Of a stretch of DNA of 64,000 bases, positions 45,955-57,173 are shown in pieces. Source of the DNA: Psammoneis japonica (lineage: Eukaryota); NCBI GenBank assembly GCA_008632985.1, contig QPGO01000116.1, positions 62,001-126,000 of the forward strand. The letters are read 5' to 3'. The notes beneath the pieces were generated by a model. The model made no database searches, was not told where the DNA came from, and was given only the letters and a program-made list of their open reading frames with translations. Both the position numbers and the translations under genes were made by a program. The number at the start of each line of letters is the position of its first letter. Position 1 is the stretch's first letter.

Positions 45955-47909
45955 GTGCACGAAGCACACAAAAATTGCCATTTGACTGTTTGAAGCACGT
46001 TGTCGTCGCGATTGCCATGGTTGCTTTAATTCTCTGCTGAAGGTGAGTTGATCATCTTGTTCTTGTTTTGAATTGGATCTGCCGGAGTTAAGTCAGTCAT
46101 TGAATGTCGTCCGCACATGATCACCATGCAGACCTGAAGGCTTGGGTCCTTGACGGTTTTCTCCTCTGTGCACTTGATTGCGCATGTCTTTGGAAGTTGG
46201 TTCAAGGTGAAATGATGGTTGCCTGTCAAAGTGGTCTGTGGTTCCAATGGAGACACACCATGATTGCCAGCAAACTTGCTTCTTGCTTGTGCACTCAATG
46301 CTTGCAAACGTCCAATGCAGCAGCAACCCATTGCCAGCCAATGCACTTTTTAGTGCTTGAGTTGTTTGAGCAGGAACCACATGAGGGCCAGCCCCTCTTT
46401 CATCATTTTCTCATCACTCGCCAAAAACCTTGTCAACCACTTGCAGTTGAGAGAATGAAATGGAGAGGTTGAACCACGAATGATCGAGAGGATGCGCCGG
46501 CACTCATTGTGCCCCATGTCATCTGATGGTGGAGAGAAGCTTTTTCAAACTTGGAAACTGCAAGAGCAGGAAGTGAAGAGAATTTGACATCTCTTTTGCG
46601 CGAGACTGTGTGAGTGGACATTGAGAGCCCTTCATGAAAACCCAGCCAATTTGATCAAATGCGGGTGCTTCCTTTCATCCATTCAAATGACAAGCAGCTC
46701 AAGAATTTCTGCATGACATGCTTGGTCCATGGCACAGACTCTGCCCCTCTCTCCAAATCCTTCTCATCAACCAGCAATTTTGAGACACAAGGTTTGGCTG
46801 CATGCCACCTTTGAGAGCACCCATGGACAGCACATTGGACCACCCAGCAGACAACAACCAGTGATCCAAACAACACCTTGGACCCAGGTGGGCTCTGAGG
46901 CCAAAACAACCCCCCACAGAGACAAAGACATGCTCCACAACAATCCACCACAGTTGCAACCAGCCAGGCGTTGGACCATTTGATCAACTCCCAATCAAAT
47001 GGAAACAACGGAAACTGGTGGTTGGTCCATCCAATTGTGACAAATGTGACAATCAACAGGACAACGCAAACGACTTGTGTGACAGGCGCATCTCATGGCT
47101 CATGTCAAAGAAATGCAAAACAAGGCCAGAAGAGACACGCAGCCACAAGTGAATGAAAGCCAAGGCAGCCATCCAGCAGCCCAGATTGTGGTTCACAACC
47201 GCTCGCACAACAAGCAAGCGTTGCATCATTGTCATCATCTTCATGGGCATGATGTGGAGGTTGGAGGCAAAGAAATAAATCGTGGAGAGTTTGGAGCTCG
47301 TGCTGTTCAGAAACATGACTGACGTCATTGGGGTTCGCAACACAAAGCACACAAAATGTGACAGTGAAAAAACCGTTGCTTTTCCTGCCACATTTTCAAA
47401 AATTTTGAAACGGCAAGCCAAGCTGAACGTCCCGGTAACCGGCAAATCTGAATCACTTCACTCATTGTTGCACAAAGCACACAAAAATCGCCACCATTTG
47501 ACTTTTTGAAACACGTCGTCGTCGCGATTGCCATGGTCTCGTCAGTTCTCTGCTGAAGGTGAGTTGATCGTCTCGTTCTCGTTGCGAATTAGATCTGCTG
47601 GAGTCAAGTCATTGAATGTCATCCGCACACGATTGCCATGTAGACCTGAAGGCTTGGGTCCTTGACGGTTTTCATCTGTGCGTTTGATTGCGCATGTCTT
47701 TGGAAGTCGGTTCGAGGCAAAATGACGATTGCCTGTCAAAGCAGTCCGTGGTTCCGAGACGGAGACACACCACGATTGCCAGCAAACTCGCTTCTTGCAT
47801 GTGCGCTGAATGCTTGTAAACATCCAATGCAGCAGTGACCCGGTGCCAACCAATGCACTTTTTAGTGCAATGGTTGTTTAAGCAGGAACCACATGAGGGC
47901 CAGCCCCTG
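45955..47909 (+). repeat. ~440-bp direct duplication (45955-46398 vs 47470-47909)
   Basis: Alignable end to end; many differences fall at CpG or TpA sites. Confidence 0.92.
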
Positions 47910-48439
47910 CTTTCTTTTTTGAACACGCTGAACGCCTGTTGATGTCGTGGACTGAGACGGTGTGCTAGATGCCCCGAAGGGCAGCCTTTTTCGTGAAGGT
48001 TGCAAGGTGGTTCAGACCGCTTGAGTTGCTCATTGAGCATCTCACATCTGATCCCCCGCAGGTTTGACACTCCCATGGGTCGCCGGCCCATCATGTCAGC
48101 TGTGTTCTCCACGTCCCACAGCGTTTGAAGATCTGTTTTGTTGCGTTTGCGATTGTGACCGTCTCGCTGAGTTGTGCTTCATAACTCACACTCTTTTTCA
48201 GATTTGATTTTTGTTTTTGACAGACGACATGAATGGAGATGTCAATGGAGAAGCCATCATTTAGAAGCTTGTTTGTTGCTGGTTGGATGTCATCGCTGGT
48301 GCACCTTTCACTGTGGTTCTCAACTCCGTTTGAAGAACGCTTGACTGCTTCGTCTCGCTCAAATGTCCTTTTTGGCGTGCGTGCAAGCCATCTCAAGGCC
48401 AGGAAGCACAAGCATGGCCAAGCTTTTACATGCTGTGCA

Positions 48440-49030
48440 AGAAGATCATCAATTGCTGGCTCATTTTGACTGTGGAAATCTCTTGGCATGAGGCTCTCGT
48501 CCCCGTTCGGGCACTGCAAGAGTGCGTCGTCGCAAGATTGTCGTTCGCTCAAGCCGCGCTGCATTCGTCTTCTTTCGGACGCAAAGCTTTGACATCCATG
48601 TCGAGCCTGACACTCCACTGTCCTTTTCTTCCGACCTTCCCAAGTCCTCCTCCAAGAACTCTCTCTTAACATGCGGCTCTCGTCCCCGTTCGGGCACTGC
48701 AAGAGTGCTCCGTCGCAAGATTGTCGTGCGCTCAAGCGGTGCTGTGTTCGACATCTATGTCGAGCATTGACACTCCATCATCCTTTTCTTGCGGCCTTCC
48801 CAAGAAGATCATCGATTGCTGGCTGACTTTGACGATGGAAACCTCTTGGCGTGCGGCTCTTGTCCCCCCCTCTGGAACTGCAAGAGTGCTCCGTCAAAAG
48901 ATTGTCGTTCGCTCAAGCCGTGCTGCACTCGTCTTCTCTTGGACGCAAAGCTTTGACATGTGCATCAAGCCTTGGTGCCCTCTCGTCCTTGTCTTACAGC
49001 CTTCATGAGCCCTCGTCCAAGAACTCACAG
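48440..49030 (-). pseudogene. Three degenerate tandem coding repeats resembling helicase-associated (HA) domains
   Basis: Repeated TWEGRKKRTVECQARHG ... NGDESRM resembles W..R...L.EY...HG ... G..S.M, with Y->C; frameshifted. Confidence 0.45.
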
Positions 49031-49544
49031 AGTCGTCCAAGTCGTTCATGCCGTGCAAGCCATCCCGATCCGCAACAAGTCAGAGTGCTTGAATCAACTC
49101 GAAAGAGTTGTGGAAGGATCCAAAGCTGTTGGTGTTTCAACAGTCTTCCTCGTGCCATCGGGATGGCACCTGAGACCTCCAACAGGCATCTGCATCACAA
49201 GGCATTGAGGTTCTTAGGTTCGTGGGTTGTGTCAAAATGCAATGTCAAAGCCTTGGCATTCCGTGAAAGCCTGCAAGAGAAAGCTGCATCCTTGCACTCC
49301 CTCGTGAGTCCCTCACAATCACAGCAAACGCATCATGCTTTGAAATTCAATTTGATTTTTGGAAGATCAAATTGCAGCATTGGCAAGTCAAGCTACACTG
49401 CTGGAACTCCCACAGCAAACTGCAGCCAGAACCCCGTTGGACTGCGATGACGGTCGTAGCCCTTGCAATCTCGTTGCATGCGGCAGTTCCTTGCCTGGGG
49501 TCCATGCTGGGGCATTCGTTGCGGCAAGCCCTTGTCAAGTTTTC

Positions 49545-52500
49545 CGCTTCTGAAGGGCTCGCTTTCTTGCTGGTCTTCTCGATTCAGGCATTCAGAGGCT
49601 TCAAGCCGTGGCCAGAAGAGTTCTCAGCACTCTACCTGGACTGACTTTTGCCACAATCGGCATCCGCAAAGATCATGCTGTGCTGAATTCTTCTGCCATT
49701 GTGTCCAGCTTCGCATTTTGGAATTAAAGCAATGACACAACCGATGCGAGGCAGGATTTGTCAGGCCCGATTTGCTTTGTCGCCACTGTTCCATCAAGTG
49801 TTTCCATTGGATTTCCCATTGCATGTACAATCGCACGCATTCCCCAAGTCTGTCATCTTCATCCCGTCTTGGTTCGAACCACCGAACCGTTGAGAGACTT
49901 GATCTTGCCCATCCAAATCGGAGTGGGCAATTGAAGCAGTTCCTGCCAAATCTCAGGTCTTTTAGAACGTGCAATCTATGAAATGCCTTTTCTTTGAAAC
50001 ACATGTTCCAAATGTCCAGGACAAGCAAATAGAGCAGCAAATGCGCCAGCTTGGCAAAAAGGATCGGGAACACTTCGCATGTTAAGTCGTTCGAGCCAAT
50101 GTTCAAGCGACGCAGGTTCGTCAACTCGCGGAAGAAACTGTGTCATCTCCGACATGCAGAGACATCTCCGAGATCCCTTTCCAAGCACTCCAGGCCCCAC
50201 ATTGTTCCGCGTTCGACAGCCACTTGTAAAATGAAATCCAGGCATGAGAATTTTCCGTGTCAGTTGTGCTTCAGCAGAAGCAACCCAAAACCAAGCGCTT
50301 GATTTTCTGCGCTTCAGAGCAGCGAGTTAAGTTTGCATTGCATTGAAGCCATGCCAGAGCTTGCGACTGAGCTTTTGGGGTCATTGATCTCTGCCCCCAC
50401 CTCGGAGGGCAAACCTGGACGACGTTTCCGACAGAGACAGTGAACCGGTTGATCCCTTCTCGTTGCTTGAGTCGTCCTGCAGGGAAGATGTGACCAGCAT
50501 GCCCAGCACAAACGCCAAGGCAGCTCTAGAGCCAACACCCAGTCGCTGATGCAGCAGATCACCGATTTACAATGATCTCACATTTTGTTGCCTTTGCAGA
50601 GAGGAAGCAGTTCACCAGGAAAAAGGTCAGTCGACAAAGGACTCTTCATGCAAGAGATCCACACAAACTTCTTCGTTTCCAACAGGTGCCAACTGCATTT
50701 CTCTTTGGACAACAGCGAGCGTGTGCTCGGCATGGAATGAGCTCCAGTCGAAACAAGAATCTTGCTTGCTGCCCTTTGTCACCTGCCTTGTGACAGGTGG
50801 CCTTTCCAGCCTTGTGCTTGGGACTCTTCTCACTGGCGTCTTTCAAGAACAATGCATGTCATCAGGATCCTTGTTGTTGGGGCAAGCGCCAGGGAGGCCG
50901 GCATCCCAGCACTTGCTGGAGCGAGACTTCTTCTTGTTGATCATTTCGTCTGACGAAGGTGCCTTCGTCCCGACAATTGAAGCATCGACAAGTTTTGGAT
51001 CAGCAGCAATGCCAAGTTGGTCAAACAATTTGAGGATTCCAATCTCGTTGAACTTGAATCCTGTGGCGACTCATCGGATGAGCTGGGCGGGTCGCATGTC
51101 TTCAGACCCGTTCACGTGAGAGCTTCTCCAGCTCCTTTGTTTCGCAATGAGACATCTCAAGCGCAATCGAGTCACAAAGAGATCTTGTTCTTTGTGCACT
51201 TTGCGCAAGAAGACACTTGCCAGCTTTCATGCTACAATTCACACCTTGCCAACTCTGCGATCTGCTGGCGAAGGAATTCGACGCCCAAACCATGCATGTG
51301 TCACCACTCTGCTCTGGACAAGCCAACTTCGGCCCAATCTGCCAATCCAATGTCAGAAGAGCCAATGCTCTGCTCAATTGAGAGAATTTCCTGTTCCAAG
51401 AGAAGCAACTCTGCATCGGTCAAATCCAACAAGATCCTTCCATTGTCACCTCTGGGAGACTGCTCACAGCGATGCAGTGCCTCTCGTTCACCTTTGACCA
51501 GACCCAGCTCCTGCCAACCCACGAATCAGGACTTGGCGACGAAGCTCTGGAGCTCCCTGCCGACGCAACTGCAAACGAAAACTCGGCTTCTTCTTTGGGT
51601 AAAATGGCGCTTGGTGCTTGACCTTGGGGCTCTCCTGCATGAGAGTGCCCGTGAGGTTGGTGGGGCGGGGCCACTGTGTGTGAGGACGACAAAGGTGCGC
51701 TGTCAGCTTCAACAACCAGGCAATGAGTCGACACGGAAAATGTTGAAGACGCCAAGGCGTCACTGTTGACTTGGCTGCCTGGACTGACAGCAGAAAAATC
51801 GCTGCCGAAAGATCTGCTGTGGCCAACCAAAGAAAAATTGCCGCTGACCCGGCTTCCGGGATTGTGGGAGCATGTAAAAGACATTGAAGTGCTGCTGGTT
51901 CTGCTGCCTCAGAGGATTGCGCTCATCTTGTCGACGCTTTCTTCCTTTGCCATGCACCATGCCACCATCTCGTCCATTTCACTGCACGAATGCTCCACAT
52001 CTTCTTGATCTGTCTGAACCAGACCGGCACCTGATCTGTCTTCTGGTGGTGTTTGTTGGAGTGGATGCGGCCGGCTGGTGACGGGGTGGCAATCGCAGCT
52101 GTTGGAGGCATGGTTCGCATTCCTCCTCGTCTGGCTCATGCTGTCTCGGCAGTGGTGATGAGACCGTCGGACTGCTGTTGTGTGAATGCAACAGTGCTTT
52201 GACTGCCGCAGGCCCTGCGTCTTGATGAATGACCGCCCGTGATCGCATGAGCCCCGCGTGTTGCTTCTTCGTCTTTGTCTTCGTGAAACGATCCAGAGGA
52301 GGAAGATTCATCACTGCCACTTTCTCAGGTTTCTTCGTGGGACAACGTTGCCATGAATTCTTTGAGAGTGTCCAACTCTGCCATTGACTGCCCTGATTTT
52401 GTCTCTTCCAGCTCGGACCAGATCGAAGTGGACGATGCCCCCTCTTCATCGTGAGCTTGTTTCATCTTTTTTCATTAGCCGCTCTGTTCTTTCATGTTGC

Positions 52501-53050
52501 GCTTCATGCTTTCTACGCCCATGCTGGTTCGTACAACGCGTCTCGAAGAGCTCAGAGTGCCTGTGCATGTCTGCATCTCACGAAGTCGTGAGCTCTGCAT
52601 CATGTTGTGTTGTTGGCTTGCTCGGATGAAGAGCAAGCAGAAGCCATCACTGCTGCATGGAGTGACAGCACGTGCTTTTGAATTGGAACGACCCCTTCTG
52701 CTTTTGCTGAGCTTGTTGAGTTTGGTGCAAGTTGCTTCTGAAGGGCTCGCTTTCTTGCAAGTCTTCTCGATTCAGTCATTCAGAGGCGACAGCTTCAAGC
52801 CGTCACCAGAAGAGTTCTCAGCAATCCACCTGGACTGACTTTCGCCACAATCAGCATCCGCAAAGATCACAATGAATTCTTCCGACATTGTGCCCAGCTT
52901 CGCATTTTGGAATTAAAGCAATGACACAACCGATGCAAGGTAGGATTTGCCCGGCTCGATTTGTTTTGTCGCCCCTGTTCCACAATTGTTTTCCGTTGCA
53001 AGTGCCTGCAATCGCGCGCATTCCCAATTGGTTCGAACCGCCGCAACCAT
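49545..53050 (+). repeat. ~330-bp dispersed duplication (49545-49885 vs 52733-53050)
   Basis: Shared gcttctgaagggctcgctttcttgc, ccagaagagttctcagca, ccagcttcgcattttggaattaaagcaatgacacaaccgatgc. Confidence 0.9.
49900..50560 (-). pseudogene. Degenerate leucine-rich-repeat gene fragment
   Basis: LTNLRRLNIGSNDLT, LKDLRFGRNCF and GLPSEVG fragments in different frames. Confidence 0.55.
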
Positions 53051-53311
53051 TGGGACGTTTGTCATCAAAAGCAATCTAGTGTGAACAGAGGCACAAAGAG
53101 AGATGAGTGTGCAATGAAAAATCATGTCGAGCTTCCAAAAAAGTCACATCATCTCTCTCTCTGCTGGCAGAGCAGCACACTCACTTAAAAACAAAAAAGT
53201 CTTCGTTTCGCTCGCTGTTGAGAATTTCCACACAATTTACAACTCCAACATCATCATTCAGAGTAAAGCCCGAATCTTTTGACACGCTTTTGACTTGACC
53301 CCATTGTGGCA

Positions 53312-54088
53312 TCAAGTTAACCAGATGAACAGGGCCCTCCAACTTGCAGCGATGCCAAATGTCCAGCTTCCTTGAGAATTGCTGTCAGCATCCATTTTCC
53401 AATGGTTCGTGCACAGGGTTTCGTCATCAACATGCTTTGATTCCTTTTCTCTTTCTTCTGTTTCCAGCGCACACTGCCTGTTCTTTCCGGAACGATTCCT
53501 CTGTCTCGCCTCCAGCTCTGCCGCACTCTTGGCAACACAGAAACCTGGAGCCCGCTGAATCTCACCACATGGGACAAAGCTTGCACTCTGTTGGTCATGC
53601 GATGACTCAGAAATGGCCAAGATCTGACTTTGATCGCATTGCTGAAAACATTCCTTGAGTTGGACCAAATCTGCTGCACAACCTAATGCAATTGCACGGC
53701 ATGCCCAAGCAGCGTGAGTTTCCTTTGCACAGCTCGTGCATGGTTCATGCAAAACAATGTGTGGTTGATGTCGCGGTGAATCTTCTCGCTTGAAATCATC
53801 CTTTGCTGCTTCCACTGCTCCACTTAATTGTTTTGAGGGACTCCTTACAAGCTTGTCGTCACTGCCCTTGGGAACCGCCGGTGCAAGTTCCTGTCGCCAC
53901 CCAAAGCATTTCATTGTGCGAATCTCACAAACATTTTCATCCATGGTGCTTGCACAAGGCTTTTTCTTGACACGTGCCTCTTGACACTTTTGCAGAATTG
54001 AATCAAGCTCTCTGCATTGCTTTGATCTTTTGATTCGCTGTGCATCATTAAAGTCCGTCCACCATGAATTCCACCAGCTGCTTTTCAC
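53312..54088 (-). pseudogene. Hypermutated CX9C (CHCH-type) host gene
   Basis: Four CX9C motifs: CRELDSILQKC, CAKETHAAWAC, CAADLVQLKEC, CGEIQRAPGFC; no Tyr in 258 aa; no ATG at the ORF start. Confidence 0.6.
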
Positions 54089-54559
54089 ACACTGGCTTGC
54101 TCCTTGGTGTTAAAGTCGGTGTTCCTCACCATCATCAAATGAGCACTAGAGGCATTGAAGAGTTCAGATGCATGGATGCCATTCAACTGCAGCAGTGCAG
54201 TCCAGCACAGCGTTGTCAACGGATCTCCAATCTCCATCATGGTCGATGGATGGTCACGGAGCACGGAGCGAGCTCGCGGACGCGAGACTGACAGTGCCGT
54301 TGATGCAGAAATCAGCAGAAAAACTGTCTTTTCTGCACACGGGCATCCCGACAAAAAAGCGGGGACCCAGTTTTTGGAAAAAGCCATCTAACGAAATGCT
54401 CCACTTGGTGCCTGTTGTTGCACAATGCAAGAAAGAGAGAGAGAGAGAGAGAGAGCACAATCTTGTCCGAGAGGCGCATCTTCCACCATGGTGTCTCCCT
54501 TCAATGCATGCTGCACTGTGCACCGTGCATTGTGCGTGCCAGAAGCACGTGGTGCTGAC

Positions 54560-56924
54560 GCGCTGATGGTGGCTCACATCCCATGTGCTCCAGGCAGAAC
54601 AAGCTGGAGAGCCCCTGCTCCCCCGCAAACCCTCAAGCCTGCCAATGACTCCCAGATGAAAACTCGCCATTCTTTTCTCCTCATTGCCACTGTGTGCATT
54701 CAAGAATGTGTTGAACAGCTGGAGAAATGAATGAAGAGTGTTGGTGACTTCTGCAAGTGTTTCTTTCTTTTGTCCATTCCTCACTTGTTGCATCGTCAAA
54801 CCTGTCACCCAAAAACCTCAGATTGCACACAGTTGTCTTTCTCCTTCAGTGGCTTTGATGCCCCTGTCAGAAAAACTTTCCACTTTAGAGCAAGGAGGGG
54901 TTCACCCTTGGAATCAACGTGTGCTGCTTGCCAAAGTGCCAATGAGTTCATGCATCCAATGGTGAAAGCTTCGAACTCAAGAACTTGCAGCTCCCCTGGG
55001 GTGCCATGGAAGCTGCTGTCTCCCCAGCCAAGCAGCCAACATCCAAGCCCTTTTTGTGGTGGTGCCCCAGGTTGCTTCTTTTGGGCAGCTTGCCCAATCT
55101 GTTAGAAACTGGGCTGAGCAAGATGTCTTGGATCACACTGATTGTTGATTCTCTGCCACCTGTTTGTCGTTGGTCCAACACTGCACAACAAACAGCGGCT
55201 CAGTTTGAGGTGGCACATGTGCTGACAGCATTGCTTTTTGAAAAAAGCAACTGGCAACTCCAAACATTTTTGCTGCTGGTGCCATTCCGGCAAAATTTGC
55301 TTTTCACAATGATTGGTTGGGATTGGCCCATGAACAGCGACACACTGCTTGTTGCAGAACAAAGACCTGGGATTTTTGGTGAGTTGCTTTTGACACACCG
55401 CTGATGTCCTGAGTGGGCTTGTCTTGTTGCGCAGCATCTTTCTCTCACACATCCACAATGAAACATCAGAGACACAAGAAGATGTTGTGAAAGGAGAGTC
55501 AGCGCACATGTGTGGTTTCCTGCCTTTTCACTCAGAAGATGTCTTCTCATCTTTTTCTCATGATCTTCTTGTCATCTGTTGGTGCAATGACATTGATGGT
55601 CACAACAAGAGCATGTCAATCATGCTGTCCATTGTCACTGGATGCACTGCCAGTGATGTCATCCCCATGTTCAACCAACTGTCAAGTCGCGACACTCTCA
55701 GCCGAGAGTTGTCACAGGCTGGGAGCCCAGGTGCTGTGCTCCAACCACCTCTGCAGCACAAACACAGTGGCGCTCTCTTCTTTGAGAGCAACAGAACTTT
55801 TTGCAATGCCAGCAACTTGCCCCACTCAATGAATGGTTGCCGCGCACATCAGGCAATGACAACAAGTCTGCTGCCGGCAGCCAAGACTCAACTTCATTTG
55901 GCGTGCAATCCTTTGACACTGACAGCTCACCAAAGAACACCATCGTGCTGCCTTTCAGCACTCCTCCTGTCTGTGAAGCCTTCTTTGAAGCAGCCAGCAC
56001 CTCTGCCAGTCAAGTTGACCATGACATCAGAAGCAGTTGTCAATGGCAGGGGAAAGCACAAGCAGTGTGCATGCCCCCCAAGAACCCCCCAAGCCTCTCT
56101 GAGAAAGCCTTGTGCACCAAGACCCACCAGAGAGAAAGATTGGACCTGGACAAGCTCAGCAATTTGCCCCCAGAAAGCTGCAGCCAAGCAGCTCATGAAA
56201 TTTGATCTTGTTCTCAACATCAATGTTGACAACCCTGACAAGCTCAAAGACAGTTGCGATCCAGCTGTGTCCATTTTGATGATGCAGTCAAACTGCACCC
56301 ACTCATCTCAAAACCCACAATCTTCACAGGGACATTCTGTGATCATGGAAGAGGGAGTCACAGCAATTGCAGCGCAACTCTTGAAGATCTGGATCATGGA
56401 ACCTTGGCAAACAGAGTCCACATCTCAACCATGACTGCCACATCACCAAAAATGCTTCTTAAAACTTGTTCAGAAGAAAGCCAACAAAACTTGTTTGATC
56501 CCATTCTTCGTTTCGATTGGTCTGGTTCTATAGTTCACTTTTTAATTTGTGGGGCTTTCTTCATCTTACTACGTCAGCTAAAGGTATATCTTTTGGCTGT
56601 TTCTAGTGTTACCTTGTTGAACAGCGCGTGTTCAAGTTCACTGGATGTGAAATATGCAACTTCACAGGCATTCCGGAGCCATGCCCAAACACTACTAATC
56701 TTTTTAGTGGCTTTGACGAAATTGACTCGTTGGGCTCTGCCAGAGACAAGATTACTGAGCGCACATCACAAGGGACGTATTTTTCCGCGGAGGTTAGCTT
56801 CTGTTTCTATGACTACGATGAGGGCCAGCTACCTCCCGTGAATGGAGATAATTCAACTGCTATGCCGTCGGAGTTGCTGTTTGTACAAGACTCCCCCCCT
56901 GCCGCCAGAGAATGTCTTGGATAG
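54560..56924 (+). pseudogene. Degenerate host-like gene whose 3' coding segment (~56607-56924) lies outside the mutated domain
   Basis: Protein-like Tyr-free fragments with N-x-S/T sites up to 56434; downstream segment has normal TpA and Tyr codons. Confidence 0.4.
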
Positions 56925-57173
56925 TTCTGATGTTATGGATATGGGCATGGACTCGGAAGTTCATGCCGGGGAATAATCCACAATACTGAAGTTTTGTGCT
57001 ATGATTCTGCCGCACAAAATGCCCAACAATCACAACAGTTTTCTTATTCCTTTTCGAGGTTCTGAATACTATGAATTCCATTCGGCGTTCTTCTTATTTC
57101 TGCGGCATTTCTTTCGCCGAACTTGCGGCAACATGAAATCCCCCATGCATAGATGCCGCGTAGGTCCTGCACA

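Larger units (their letters stand above)
42063..56520. other. TpA-depleted hypermutated domain 3 (CpG largely retained in ~47.5-53 kb)
   Basis: TpA nearly absent throughout; long Tyr-free ORFs (258 aa at 53312-54088, 336 aa at 55424-56434). Confidence 0.92.

Noticed and set aside
42063..56520. ApT-type 6mA decay or ADAR editing as the cause
   Set aside because: ApT remains common (cat, gat), TAG contexts preferentially survive, both strands are affected, and non-retroelement genes are hit
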